64,000 nt of DNA, taken from the NCBI RefSeq assembly GCF_006345805.1, contig NC_043008.1, positions 13,082,001 to 13,146,000 on the forward strand. Reading direction: 5' to 3'. The notes below the pieces were generated by a model that was given only the letters and a program-made list of their open reading frames with translations, was not told where the DNA came from and did not search any database. A program made the position numbers and the translations under genes. Within the stretch, counting starts at the first letter, position 1. Each line of letters begins with the position of its first letter. Positions 12,335 to 26,170 of the stretch are shown piece after piece. The DNA is from Octopus sinensis (taxonomy: Eukaryota).

Positions 12335-13139
12335 TAAACATGAATATATGTTTAATATTATGTAACATAAACACATATGAATATCTAAGCGGACATAGTA
12401 TGTGTTTGAATGTTTGAGTGCGTGTACGTGTGTGCACGTGCTTACATATGAGTAGCTGACAGTAAAATTTCTATATTACAAGTTTGAATTACGTTGTTGA
12501 AATGTATTGCACGGGATCTACATCCTTTCAGGCTCACCCCAGTTTACTCTTCGTGTCTTACAATTTCGCTGAAAGTAACAAAAAGTAATAGACAAAACAA
12601 TGCGGCTCATTGAAAGGTTTTAATCGATATATTCAATTAATACGTTGGAAGACGTTGCTCCACACTTGACTGCCACCCGTAAAAACTAAAAAAAGAAAAG
12701 AGAAAAGAATAACGCTAAAGTAATGCACTAGAATCAAATCATTGTGATTAAATTAGCATAAATAAATGCATAAGATACACTTTAAGATAGTTTTCAAGCG
12801 TAATGAGCCAAATACTGAATAGGTTTCTGAAGATATATGTTAGCACATACATCACCGGTCTCTAAATTTATTACAGCCTTTATATAAAATCATTGGTTTT
12901 GCTAAATTTACAATTGAATATATTTGCATATTGTTTCACGATATAACAAATAATAAATCTATTTAGACAGGGAATTTGCATTAATAAAAACAGAAAAAAT
13001 CTGCCCCAGTAACCGACGATAGACAGCAAAACATTAAAATCGATGGTTCAGGATAACTTTATAAACTTAGACATTCTTATTTATCTGGAACTTTGAGATG
13101 TGAGAAATTTTAGATTATACTCGTACATCTGCAAGTATG

Positions 13140-13975
13140 AATATATTGCTAAAATTGCCAAGAAGGCTGAGGGTGTCTTGGCATCACTTACCAAGTCCTT
13201 TGTGAGCCGCTCTCCGGCTATCTATCTGAGGCTTTATAAAGCTATGGTGCGGCCTCACCTGGAATATGCATCACCAGTCTGGAACTCCTATCTTTCCCAG
13301 GATATCAATTGTCTGGAAACTGTTCAGCGACGTGCAACCAAGAGAATACCCTCCATCAGGAATTTGCCATATTCTGATCGCCTTACTTCCCTGGACATGG
13401 ATACATTGAAGCTCCGACGTTTGGCAGCTGACTTAGCAGACACCCATAAAATTATTAACCATCTTACTAACAATAACTCTAAGCACCTTTTCAAACTCCA
13501 CCTATCTAACACCTGTGGACACAGCTCCCATGACTTTCGGAAACATTTTTTCACGCTAAGAGTTGCTGAAGCAAGGAACAAACTGCCGGCATCAGTTGTT
13601 AGTTGTCGGAGCATTACATCCTTCAAAACTTCCATGCTTCCTGACATTCGCCATTACAAAGTCAGAAAACAGTACAGCTCTCATGACTTTCGGAAAAAAT
13701 TGTTCACGCTAAGAGTTGCTGAAGCATGGAATAAACTACCGGCATCAGCTGTTAGTTGTCGGAGCACTGCATCCTTCAAAACTTCCAAGCTTCCAGAGAT
13801 TCGCCAACACTACACCTGATTTTCTCCCCTCCATACACACACACGCATTTATCTGAATCATACACTGTTCACTTCCCAGACATTTGTACATTGAGGCACA
13901 TAATTAATCTACACTTTTGACAAATTGTGGTGCACCGGAGCACTGTATACAATAATTTCATTATTATTAATATAA
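13140..13975 (+). mobile_element. CR1-clade LINE 3' end (ORF2 C-terminus plus 3' UTR)
   Basis: LYKAMVRPHLEYASPVW...DINCLETVQRRATKRIP...LRRLAADL...FFTLRVAEAWNKLP are CR1 ORF2 C-terminal motifs; (ATT)n tail at about 13960; internal 153-bp duplication. Confidence 0.92.
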
Positions 13976-14749
13976 CTAGTATTAGTTACAAATCTTCGAC
14001 ATGAAATTTTCTGATGTAAAAGCGATACGAATTTTAATGTTCTACTTCTCCATATGAGTTTAGTTAAACTTGTAAATCTCTGTTCTGAGAAGGTTCAATG
14101 CATTTTATATTGCGAATGGATGGCGATTTCCTCCATCGTTGCTTCGATTGATTCATTATTAATTTTGTACTCATGAACCATTAAACAAATATATCGATGT
14201 GTACCATCAACTTATGCCTCAATTCCGTAATAATACCGAGATTGTACTAATAGTGTCATATGATAACGTAATTATCAAATTATTGGTTTGAAAGTTACGA
14301 AGAAATTGATTTGAAACTCATTCAGGCTTTCTACGTCTAGATTTATCTTCTCTCTATCCCGGTCTTTCCGTCTCTATCTTTCTCACTCTCTTTCTCTCTC
14401 TCTCCCTCTCGCTCCTACCTTCCTTCCTTCCTTTCATTTTGTATATTTAGTTATATTATTACACATAACCAACCCCGTAGCTATCTCAATGTTGAACTAT
14501 GTTATCATAATTGTCGTCCACGTCGACCCCACCACCATCTACTCCAGCAGCAGCTGCCGTCAAAGAATTTGGACCTGGAGATCTCCATTTCCAGCGACTT
14601 CGCGGGCCACCTCCCAGTGGTGTCGGGCCTCAACGAAGAGCCCTCGACTACAAGACGGCCAAAGTTTTTTCTTTTTTCTCCAAGGTCTGGGGTCTTCCAC
14701 TCCTAAGCCCTAGACCATCACCTAATCACCCTTACCCGTCTTGTTGCTT

Positions 14750-14900
14750 AACAACAGCAACAACAACAACCAGCAGCAGCGCCATCGTTATTAACATCAT
14801 CATCAACATGATCATCCTCATCATCATGATCATCATCATCATCATCATCACCATCGTCGTCGTCATCATCATCCTTAAAGTCACATAGCCATCATCGTCG
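14750..14900. repeat. (CAA/CAG)n + (CAT)n microsatellite
   Basis: Read directly from the sequence. Confidence 0.9.
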
Positions 14901-14982
14901 AAAGCGCCATTGTTTCCAGTTCACGTCAGACGTCATGAAAACTCGTTAGTACAGAGAATTTGGTATAATGCTATACTGACTC

Positions 14983-15220
14983 GGGCGTTGTGAGTGTTTA
15001 ATGAGCGAAAACACCTAAAGCTCCACGAGGCTCCTTCAGGTGGGTGGCGGCGATCCCTGCTGTATTCTTTTGCCACAACTTTCTCTCATTCTTTCTTCTG
15101 TTGGCCTGCTCGCTTAACCAGCGGGGTGGCGTCATTTGACGGCTAAAACAATGCGAAGCGCATTGTGACCAGAGATGTGAAACATCTGATACCATGGTCG
15201 GTCACGGTGATCACGGTGAT
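14983..15220 (+). mobile_element. SINE family C, 5'-truncated
   Basis: gggcgttgtgagtgttta.tgagcgaaaacacctaaagctccacgagg...ggtcggtcacggtgat is the reverse complement of the copy at 60737-61048. Confidence 0.85.
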
Positions 15221-15281
15221 ATATATAGATATAGATAGATACATACATACATACATACATAGACAGACATGTATGTATATA

Positions 15282-18259
15282 TGCATATATATATGAGTGT
15301 CTATACTCTGTTTATTAGAAGAGTAATTCATAAAGTATTGTTCATATTCTGTGTATTAATACTTCAATGCGTACGAGAATTATCTACCTTTAGCTATCGG
15401 TCCACTTGAGATATTTCGCTTGGCAGCCAATTTTGTAATTATTAAATTGTTTTGGTTTGATATTAGGATATATTCTTTGAAGCAAGAGCACCTCAGAATC
15501 GGGAAACATATTAGGAATTCTTAATAACAAATACATACGAACTAAGAAACGATATGTAAGAAGTCTATAAATTTCCATACGAATAGCTAAGCGAAATGAA
15601 AACGCATGGTTGAGAGTATTGCCGCTCTCAGCTTCTTCATATTTCTTCCGAATTCTATATTTCAGGCCTTCATTTATGTATTTCTTTTCTCAGTAGAAAA
15701 AAATCTATTCAGTTTGCATCCATTTACATAATTTTATTCAAGACGATAGTTAAGAGCAACGGTAAGGAACTGGAAGGAGTCATTTACACTATTCCAGTTT
15801 TACTTCGCCATATTCTCACTCTGTTTCACTCCAAATACGATAAAATGTATATCCAATGCTGAACAGTCTATTCATATCCGATAATACTACTTCCCTATAA
15901 AATACCACGAAGTGACGATGCAAGAAATAGTCACGCCATTCAATTTCTTCAATAATTCTTTCATTTATTTATCAAAGAAATATTTTCTTTTATGAAGATT
16001 ACGCCGCATTACAAAAACCTCTAAGGTTTCCAAATATGAAACGTATATATGAATACTTCATTCTTTAAGAAGCACTTCGTATGAATATTTTGAGATTCCA
16101 TTCAAATGTTTCGGTAACCAGGTGATTTACTTCCTGGGAATAGATCACAACGGCTCAGATGCAATAGAAGAGATCAATAGTTTCATTTGGGAGAATGTTC
16201 TAAAATTGTCCAACGCTGAACAAACAAAAAGAAAAGAAAAAATATCAAATGTAAAGAAACAATACACAGAAATAGCAAATAATTTAATATCAAAAATAAT
16301 TTGCTTCATGTGTCCTGTAGCAAGGTTTTGTCCAGCCGCACAGACAAAAGAGAATTCATATCTGCACACACACACACACACACATACACACACACACACA
16401 GTGGAGCAACGCACGTAGAAGCAGACACTCAAACACACAAACAAAAAGAAGCATATACGCACTCGTATAATGATGAACTGGGAAGTTTCTGCGTTTCTGT
16501 GTCGGCGCATATAGAGACATAAACGAGCGCGTATATATGTGAGCGTAGGAGAATGTAAACATGTCTCTCACTCGCTCTAGTTCTCCCCTCTCTCTCTCCA
16601 CTCTCTCCCTCAGTCTTACTCTCTCTCTCACACACTCTCTATGTATTCATATATATGTAAGTATGTATGTATATATATATAAATATATAGATAGACAGAC
16701 ATATATATAGCTGAAAGATAGATAGACAGATATATAGATGGATGTGTGTGTATGTATGTATACGCGTATCTGCATATATATATATGAATGTCTATAATCT
16801 GTTTATTAGAAGGGTAATTCATAAAGTATTGTTCATATTCTGTGTATTAATACTTCAATGCGTACGAAAATTACCTACCTTTAGCTATCGGTCCACTTGA
16901 GATACTTCGCTTGGCAGCCAATTTTGTAATTATTAAATTGTTTTGGTTTGATATTAGGATATATTCTTTGAAGCAAGAGCACCTCAGAATCGGGAAACAT
17001 ATTAGGAATTCTTAATAACAAATACGTACGAACTAAGAAACGATATGTAAAAAGTCTATAAATTTCCATACGAATAGCTAAGCGAAATGAAAACGCATGG
17101 TTGAGAGTATTGCCGCTCTCAGCTTCTTCATATTTCTTCCGAATTCTATATTTCAGGCCTTCATTTATGTATTTCTTTTCTCAGTAGAAAAAAATCTATT
17201 CAGTTTGCATCCATTTACATAATTTTATTCAAGACGATAGTTAAGAGCAACGGTAAGGAACTGGAAGGAGTCAGTTACACTATTCCAGTTTTACTTCGCC
17301 ATATTCTCACTCTGTTTCACTCCAAATACGATAAAATGTATATCCAATGCCGAACAGTCTATTCATATCCGATAATACTACTTCCCTATAAAATACCACG
17401 AAGTGACGATGCAAGAAATAGTCACGCCATTCAATTTCTTCAATAATTCTTTCATTTATTTATCAAAGAAATATTTTCTTTTATGAAGATTACGCCGCAT
17501 TACAAAAACCTCTAAGGTTTCCAAATATGAAACGTATATATGAATACTTCATTCTTTAAGAAGCACTTCGTATGAATATTTGAGATTCCATTCAAATGTT
17601 TCGGTAACCAGGTGATTTACTTCCTGGAATAGATCACAACGGCTCAGATGCAATAGAAGAGATCAATAGTTTCATTTGGGAGAATGTTCTAAAATTGTCC
17701 AACGCTGAACAAACAAAAAGAAAAGAAAAATATCAAATGTAAAGAAACAATACACAGAAATAGCAAATAATTTAATATCAAAAATAATTTGCTTCATGTG
17801 TCCTGTAGCAAGGTTTTGTCCAGCCGCACAGACAAAAGAGAATTCATATCTGCACACACCACACACACACATACACACACACACACAGTGGAGCAACGCA
17901 CGTAGAAGCAGACACTCAAACACACAAACAAAAAGAAGCATATACGCACTCGTATAATGATGAACTGGGAAGTTTCTGCGTTTCTGTGTCGGCGCATATA
18001 GAGACATAAACGAGCGCGTATATATGTGAGCGTAGGAGAATGTAAACATGTCTCTCACTCGCTCTAGTTCTCCCCTCTCTCTCTCCACTCTCTCCCTCAG
18101 TCTTACTCTCTCTCTCACACACTCTCTATGTATTCATATATATGTAAGTATGTATGTATATATATATAAATATATAGATAGACAGACATATATATAGCTG
18201 AAAGATAGATAGACAGATATATAGATGGATGTGTGTGTATGTATGTATACGCGTATCTG

Positions 18260-18270
<11 letters not shown>
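15282..18270 (+). repeat. Tandem duplication, two copies of a ~1.49-kb unit
   Basis: 15282-16770 aligns to 16771-18270 (offset 1491 falling to 1487). Junctions lie in tgca(ta)n. Confidence 0.97.
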
Positions 18271-18711
<441 letters not shown>

Positions 18712-19019
18712 AGATACATACATACTGTCTCACACCCAACACAAGCATACTCCACACACACATTGCAATCTATCTAAATAAATCTAATCGGAAAATTGCA
18801 TTGGTCTAGAGACAAAAAAGATATATATTTATTTCGTGAAGTCTGCAAACTTATTTCAACAAACTTTCGTCCGCAGAAAAGTAATTTACATTTAATCTGC
18901 ATATTTTTAGTTTGTTCTGTTATTTTCAGTTTCAATTTTTCTTCATCTCTCCCACACGTGTAAGTGTTTGTATGTGCACGCGCTTGTGTATATTTTGTTT
19001 TTTTGTTTTTTTGTTTTTG

Positions 19020-19231
19020 TTTTTCCAGTTTCAGCTCTTGAGCTGTGGCCATGCTGGGGCACCGCCATTGTGGTGAAAGAGTACAGCAGGGATCACCACC
19101 CCCTGCCGGAGCCTCGTAGAGCTTTTAGGTGTTTTCGCTCAATAAACACACACAACGCCCGGTCTGAGAATCGAAACCGCGATCCTGCGACCGCGAGTCC
19201 GCTGCCCTAACCACTAGGCCATTGCGCCTCT
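19020..19231 (-). mobile_element. Chimeric SINE: family C tRNA head joined to family A-type tail
   Basis: Minus: gaggcgcaatggcctagtggttagggcagcggactcgc...tttcgattc...cctgctgtactctttcaccacaat|ggcggtgccccagcatggccacagctcaagagctgaaac. Confidence 0.8.
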
Positions 19232-19420
19232 ACATGTCCATGTTTATATCAAAACATGCACACATATATATATATATATCCATAAATACATATATATATA
19301 TATATAATAGATATATATATATATATATATATCTCCATATATATATACATAAATACATATACGTATATATATATATATTATATAATATATATATATATAA
19401 TATATATATTATATATATAT

Positions 19421-19473
<53 letters not shown>

Positions 19474-19918
19474 TACATATATGCATACATAAATTTACAT
19501 ATATATACATGTATAGTTTATGTATGTGTAAATTTGCAATGTATAATTTATGTACGCATAAAATTGGCGCGTTTAATATATATATATATTGTGTTTATTC
19601 ATGCGTATTCATAGATGTATGTGTATATGTGTGCTTCTGTTTGTATGCTGTGTGTAACTATAGTTATATACATATCAATGCATAAACATACATAGATATA
19701 CAAACGTGCATTTTATGCACAGTAATCAGAGAAACATTCATAATTTTATTGACTATTCTGCATAAAAGAAAAATGTCGCTATCTATCATACACACACACA
19801 CAAACACACACACAGACACTTACTAGCGCCCATACTTTCATAGTTAGATAGACAGATAAATTAGAAATATTCAATGTAGGCATTGCCTACCACATAGTTG
19901 TCTCTGGGTGTATATATA

Positions 19919-19958
<40 letters not shown>

Positions 19959-19991
19959 CATATATATATATACATATATGTATGTATATAC

Positions 19992-20030
<39 letters not shown>

Positions 20031-20054
20031 TGTATATGTATGTATTGATATATA

Positions 20055-20093
<39 letters not shown>

Positions 20094-21179
20094 TATACAC
20101 GTACAGAGTTAACTACGTAACTGTTCTTCTTTCACTGTTCTAAATATGCTTCGGTGATAGGCTCAGTTGTGTCTCTCGCATAAAATAGAAGCATACCTGG
20201 AAATAATATTAAAAAAAAATGACAATACAGAAAGAAATTCAATGTGGAGTAAGAGAGAAAATACGAGAGAGAAGGAGATATAAAGAGCGATTGAAGAAAA
20301 ATACAAAATGCGAATGAGAGATAATGAGAGGTAGACAGGGAGAGAAGGAAGTAGCGAAGAAATTGGAATAATTAGTTAATTATACACATCTCGAACTATA
20401 AAATATAGACTTTTGGATATAATTAAATCTCTATTATTTCTTTTACTGCTAAGCTGATAAAATGCTTCAATTAATGCTTTTGTCTTCTGCAAAGATTTCG
20501 ATTTGAAAACGTTTCTATTTTTGTCATTTTTCTTATAATTTTATTCGTTGCTGTTCTTTTTGATGGCGTAATTTTCTATTGTCATTATCGTCGTTGATTT
20601 TATAATCTAGTTCCCAAACCCAGCATTATCATGCAGGCCTATAATTAAAGGTCTTCCAGCCATGATCGAACCTTTTTAAATTCTGCATCCCTAACCATAT
20701 ATCTTTGCTTTTTTTAAAGACAGTACATAATTTTTATAAGGCGTCTTCTAATCTTCGGAGACGAGCATTCTAGGCAAAGTTACAAGGATAAATTTGGCAT
20801 ACGACACCCGTTGGAGACTTTGACTGCCATAACCTTTTTATTGTTCGTGTTGATGTTATTCTTACAGCGGTTTGTTGTCCATGTAGCTGTCATACGTGAT
20901 ACTGTTGCGTTTGTCACTGTTGTTGTTATTGTTGTCGTGATTATGTGGTTGCAGAAGGTTTTGCTTATATTCTTTAAGTTGTCATTTTCACTGCAGATTC
21001 TGCAACTGCTAATGACTGTTTTTGTCGAACAGATTAACCCAAGTACGTACACATACACTCACACACGCACATAAACGCACATACACACACACACACACAC
21101 ACACATACGCACACATATATATATTTGTATGTGTGTGTGCCTGTGTCTGTGTGTGTATACATATGTATATATATAAAAA

Positions 21180-21385
21180 GTTAATCCAAACAAGAAAGCA
21201 CAAAAAAACACAACAACGCGAGGACGTAGAACAAATATAGTATTATTGGTCGCTCAGGAAAGAAGGAAAGAAGGAGGGTGTAACGTTTCGAGCGGAGCTC
21301 CTCGTCGGAAACATAGGAGAAGGAAAGATCAAGAGAAGGGAAGACGGAGGAAAAAAATTGCCAACGGTATACACGCGGTCACATT
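21180..21385 (-). mobile_element. Short PLE-type terminal remnant (HHR family B)
   Basis: Homologous to 27038-27232, flanked by (TA)n, contains an HHR. Confidence 0.7.
21278..21312 (-). ncRNA. Minimal hammerhead, core CCGACGA (slightly decayed)
   Basis: Minus: gttt CCGACGA G GAGC tcc GCTC GAA ACGT T acac. Confidence 0.65.
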
Positions 21386-21409
21386 TTATATATATATATA
21401 TACATACTA

Positions 21410-21760
21410 TTTTACTATTTTACTTGTTTCAGTCGTTTGACTGTGGCCATGCTGGAGCACCGCCTTTAGTCGAGCAAATCGACCCCAGGACTTATTGTTT
21501 GTAAGCCTAGTACTTATTCTATCGGTCTCTTATGCTGAACCGCTAAATTATGGGTACGTAAACACAACGGCATCGGTTGTCAAGCGACGTTCGGGGACAA
21601 ACACAGACACACAAACACACACATATATATACATATATACCACGGGCTTCTTTCAGTTTCCGTCTACCAAATCCACTCACAAGGCTTTGGTGGACCCGAA
21701 GCTATAGTAGAAGAAACTTGCCCAAGACGCCATGCTATGGGACTGAACCCGGAACCATGC
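21410..21760 (-). mobile_element. SINE family A
   Basis: Reverse complement of the family A tail and body; head truncated at ggaaccatg. Confidence 0.9.
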
Positions 21761-21859
21761 TCTCTCACTCAATAATAATAATAATAATAAAAGTAATAAT
21801 AATATTAATGACGAAGCTGATGATGATAATGATCATTTGCGTTTATAGTTTACAAGAGA

Positions 21860-22200
21860 ATAAGAGTGTGACATGTAGTAGTAATCAACTGCCATCTGGT
21901 GAGAGCATTTGTAGTCCTGAAAGTGGCTGCTATAATTACCTTTGTATACTGGAATTAGACAGATTGTTCTAGACAGAATGTTATGGAAAGGCGTGACAGA
22001 AAGACATTTAACAAGGATGATAACGCTACTGAAGAGTAAGCCTACATTCCAGCAAGTTTATCACAGTCATGAACGGCTGCTTTACCGTAGTAATACACTA
22101 CGGATCTACTATAATACTCTGCTTAATTGCACAAGGGAGTAAACAGAGAACTTTGACAGACACATATTGCGCTCCCTTCATGTTGTATGATGCGCTTGTA
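21860..22200 (+). mobile_element. Highly degenerate R4/Dong-clade LINE fragment
   Basis: YNYLCILELD (~YKYLGILE), RMITLLKSK, CTRE*TENFDR (~WTxEELxxLDR); preceded by (TAA)n. Confidence 0.55.
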
Positions 22201-22316
22201 AACACAACAGAAGATTAGAGGTCAATGTTTAATCAGCATTGAAGAATGTGGACAAATAAGTACCAATTCGCGAAACATTGGTCCCTAGAGATTGTAACTC
22301 CTTCAGATTATATATC

Positions 22317-22360
<44 letters not shown>

Positions 22361-22904
22361 CATACTCATGTTTTGTGTTGTTTTTTTTCTTTGTATCCTC
22401 AAAGGGGCATCTCGTGAAATCGGTATTTGCCTAATTACAATTTACTGAATTTTTTGTTTAGTCTCCATTCTTCATATTGTTTTGCTGAAAGCTGCAAAAT
22501 GGTTAGAGAAAATACTTAGAATAACATCTTCTGCAAATGCGAATACATCGCAATATATGGCCAGTTTCAGAAACACTAAACTAAAGGCAACTGGGGATTG
22601 GCGAAGGAAAAGTGTAATATTAACGAAACTAATGATCTAATAAAGACACCGAGAACCGAATACTTACGTCGCCTACCATATACACACAATGTAGCGTACC
22701 ATACACACACTATGACACAACATATATCAGAGAGAACTGCAAACATCTAAATCATCCGAGGAAAATTTGGATGCAATAACGCGTTAAAAGGTCTTTAAAA
22801 TACCTGCAAAGAGACACTATGAAATGCGTCATGGTAAAGTCTGTTTATATCTGAAAAAGTTGTCGGTTAAATAGTATTCTTTCGAGATTGACCATTAACT
22901 TATA

Positions 22905-23075
22905 TGCACAAGGCCTGAAATTGTCCGGGAGGGGAACAGTCGATTACATCGGCCCCAGTATTTCACTGGTGCTTATTTTATCGACGCCGAAACGGTGAAA
23001 GCCAAAGTCAACCTCGGTGAAATTTGAACTCAGAATGTAAAGACGAACGTAATTATCCTAAGAATTTTTCCCTAC
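22905..23075 (-). mobile_element. SINE family B (tail type 2)
   Basis: gcacaaggcctgaaatt...gtcgattacatcg.ccccag...aaagtcaacctcggtgaaatttgaactcagaa. Confidence 0.8.
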
Positions 23076-23344
23076 CCACTGATCAATAAGGATACCGATA
23101 TTTTTGGGATATATTAGTGTAACAGAATGAATGACCAAACAATTTTGTAGGATTTTAAAATGTAAACATAAGAGTGATAAACGAGATTACACCAGGTACT
23201 GCTTGCCATATTATAAGGGATACGGAAGAGCAAAATGCAAAATGGAGTCAGCACAGTTGATTTCAGTATAGCTAGCAAGGAACACGAAGCGATTAACATA
23301 GATTCGGAAATTCTGGGAAGGTAATTTCCACAGAAATTATAGCT

Positions 23345-23937
23345 AGCACAGGTTATTTGCTACAACGCTTCGTATCGAGATGTCAGACATAAACAATGAG
23401 ATCGAAGTCATTAATGGGTAATGAGTGCATATGCCATATATGGGGAGTTTTTTCACCTTCATCCGCGGCCATCTAACCCACTCTAGCATTATAACACACT
23501 GCTTATATAGCCACCGCATACAGCGGTGTTAAGTTATTGGATATACCATTTCACATATTAAATACATGTGTGGAACCGGTATATATATTTTAATTTTTTA
23601 ACGACTTGTAGTATTTCTTCATGCATTCATAACATACTATAACGTAAATTAAATGTTTTTGTAAATCAAATCCGTCCTACCTACTTAGCAGTGCTTGTTA
23701 CATTATTTTGTTAAGGTTATTATTTTGTTAATTGTAGTCAACACAGATTTGTTGCTACAACGTTTTGTATCGAAACGTCAGACGTACACAAAAATGAGGT
23801 GGAATGCATTAATAGAAAATGAGTGTATATACCATATTTTGGGGTTTTTTCTCCCTTCATCAGCACCCATCTAACCCACACTCACCTCCGCGGACATTCC
23901 TTATATAGTCACGTCATAGAGTGGTATTAAGTTATTC
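23345..23937. repeat. Diverged ~190-bp direct repeat pair (spacing ~398 bp), possible PLE pLTR pair
   Basis: tgctacaacg.tt.gtatcga.a.gtcagac ... ccatctaaccca ... ttaagttatt at 23358-23538 and 23752-23936. Confidence 0.75.
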
Positions 23938-24289
23938 TTTTCTACTCTAGGCACAAGACTCGAAACATTGAGGGAGGGTGCCTGAAAAACTCTGTGGAAT
24001 GGATGTTAAAACTTGTTTCAAAATATGAAAACAAGAAAATATCATACTCAGGAAACAGGCAAAGGAATATATAAGTGAACTCCAAATACAAATTCCAGAA
24101 TTTGATGTACAAGTAACAAGCTGAGACAATGCTGAGCATATGAAAACCCCCGCTAAAACTGCTGCCTTGAATATTCTTACTGATAAATTGCAAGAAAAAT
24201 CTCTCGATGTTAAATACCCAAAGGGAGCTAATAATGCTGATGTTGACAAAACCCATACCCATCAATAGCTAATGGCTTCTGGTTTAGCT

Positions 24290-24540
24290 CAAGAAACCTT
24301 GTGGCTGCCATCAACATATAGCCGGTTCCTGTAGATCGCTAAGATGTGGCAGCTACGATAATCAAACATAAAGGTTATCCCTATTGTCATCGGACCATTG
24401 TGTTCCATAACACCCAATCTGAGAAAAACTTTAGAAATACTTTACATTCTAGGTGTATTGCAAAAGTCGGCATTACTTGGAACTGCATGCACATTGCATA
24501 AATTGCTGTCTGTCAACAACCTTATTGTATTGTATCCTGG
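24290..24540 (+). mobile_element. R4/Dong-clade LINE C-terminal fragment
   Basis: KVIPIVIGPLCSI...LGVLQKSALLGTACTLHKLL, typical of the terminus of RLE-type LINEs. Confidence 0.8.
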
Positions 24541-24569
24541 GCGATGTCTATAATAATAATAGTAACAAT

Positions 24570-25845
24570 ACCATGTCGATGTGGAATACGAATCTCCAAA
24601 TATGCCACTCTAATGAAGTACTGACCACAAGAAATATTAGATTCAACTGCGGCATTTTCCGAGGTGTCTCACTTTCACTTTAATTTTTTGTATAGATATA
24701 AAATTGGCGACAAGAAAATAAGTCATCTGTTTTATACGGATGACTTAAAACTCTATGGCAAAGACGATAATGAGCTTGCCAAGTAGTGTGAAAGTATTCA
24801 ATGATGACATAGGATGGAACTTAGTCTTGATAAATGTGCCAAGGACACTTTCCAGTAAGGGAAATTGAAGATCTCACGTTCAGTGGTATTGTATGTTGAC
24901 ACAGCCATAAAATAACTCGAGCAGGACCAAACTTACAAACACCTCGGAATAAAGGTGAGCTCTGTCATTCAGCATGCATGTATGAAAGAGATGATCAGGA
25001 AGGAATGTTACAGAAGAGTTAAAGCAGTCCTGAAATCCGTGTTAAATGCACGTAACAAGGTGTTAGCTATAAACTTCTTAGCATTTCCGGTTATTTACAA
25101 TTTCAATGTGTTGTATTGGATTATGAGTTGACAGGAAATTACGTATGCTGCTGACTTGCAATGAGATGCACCACCCAAAGGCAGACGCAGATCGCCTTTA
25201 CCTATCAAGAGCTCAAGAATGCCGAGGTTGACCCAACTTGAAATCTCTTACAGTGCAACCACAATTGAACAGGAAAAATATCTGGATACATCTAACGACT
25301 GGATGATAAAGCTCGTTGAAAATCACGAAAGACGTAATAACTTCATTCTGTTATGAAAGAGAGCAAAATCTTTTGCACTTAGTCTATGCAGGTTGAACAG
25401 CATGATGGAAGTGCGGCAACTGTAATTGTCAATTTGATGAGAAATGGTGTTCACCCAAAGTGCCGATACTGCAACGATGGGATTAAAACAGTGGATCACC
25501 TGATCTCTGGGTGTAAGGTTGTAGCACCTGTAGAGTAGAAATCAAGATATGACCGAGTTGTCCATTATCTAAATTGGATAATGTGTCGGCATTATAAAAA
25601 TCAAAATTGCAAACAAATGGTACAAGCACCATTCTGAGGCTGTTACTAAAAGAGTAAATTTACAGACCGGGCCATCAAAGCAAATAGACCAGATATTGTT
25701 GTGAAAGACCAGAACAATAAAGTCTGTTTATTGATTGACATGAGCATAATCTGTGATCATAATATCTCGGCAAGAGAATTTGATAATCTCAGAAAATATA
25801 TAGATTTGCTAATCGATATCAAAAAGATGTGGCATCTCAAGACTG
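24570..25845 (+). mobile_element. R4/Dong-clade (RLE) LINE, degenerate RT, CCHC finger and PD-D endonuclease
   Basis: CGIFRGVSLS (~GIFQGDSLS), SHLFYTDDLKLY, MHHPKADADRLY, CRYC..TVDHLISGC, ANRPDIVVKD..LLIDMSI; many stops and frameshifts. Confidence 0.9.
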
Positions 25846-25987
25846 CTGGGTGAATATCTAAGTCTATCTTGGTGGCATTTGAACTCTAGAATATGAATAG
25901 CCAGATGAAATTGCGTAAACAGTTTGTTCGACGCACTAATGGTTGTGTATGCTTTCCACGTTGATAACAATAATAATAATTTTAAAT

Positions 25988-26170
25988 TTGAGCACAAAGC
26001 CAGAAATTCTTGCAGGTCAGCAATTCATCGATACCAGTAATCAAATGGTACTTATTTTATCGACCCCGAAATGATGAATGCTAAGGAGCATTTGAACTCG
26101 GAAAGTAAAGGACCGGAAGAAGTTCTGTAAACGGTTTAGTCGACGCTCCGACGATTCTGCATGCTCTCTA
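25988..26170 (-). mobile_element. Degenerate SINE family B
   Basis: ggtacttattttatcgaccccgaaatgatgaa...atttgaactcgg...acgattctgc. Confidence 0.7.
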
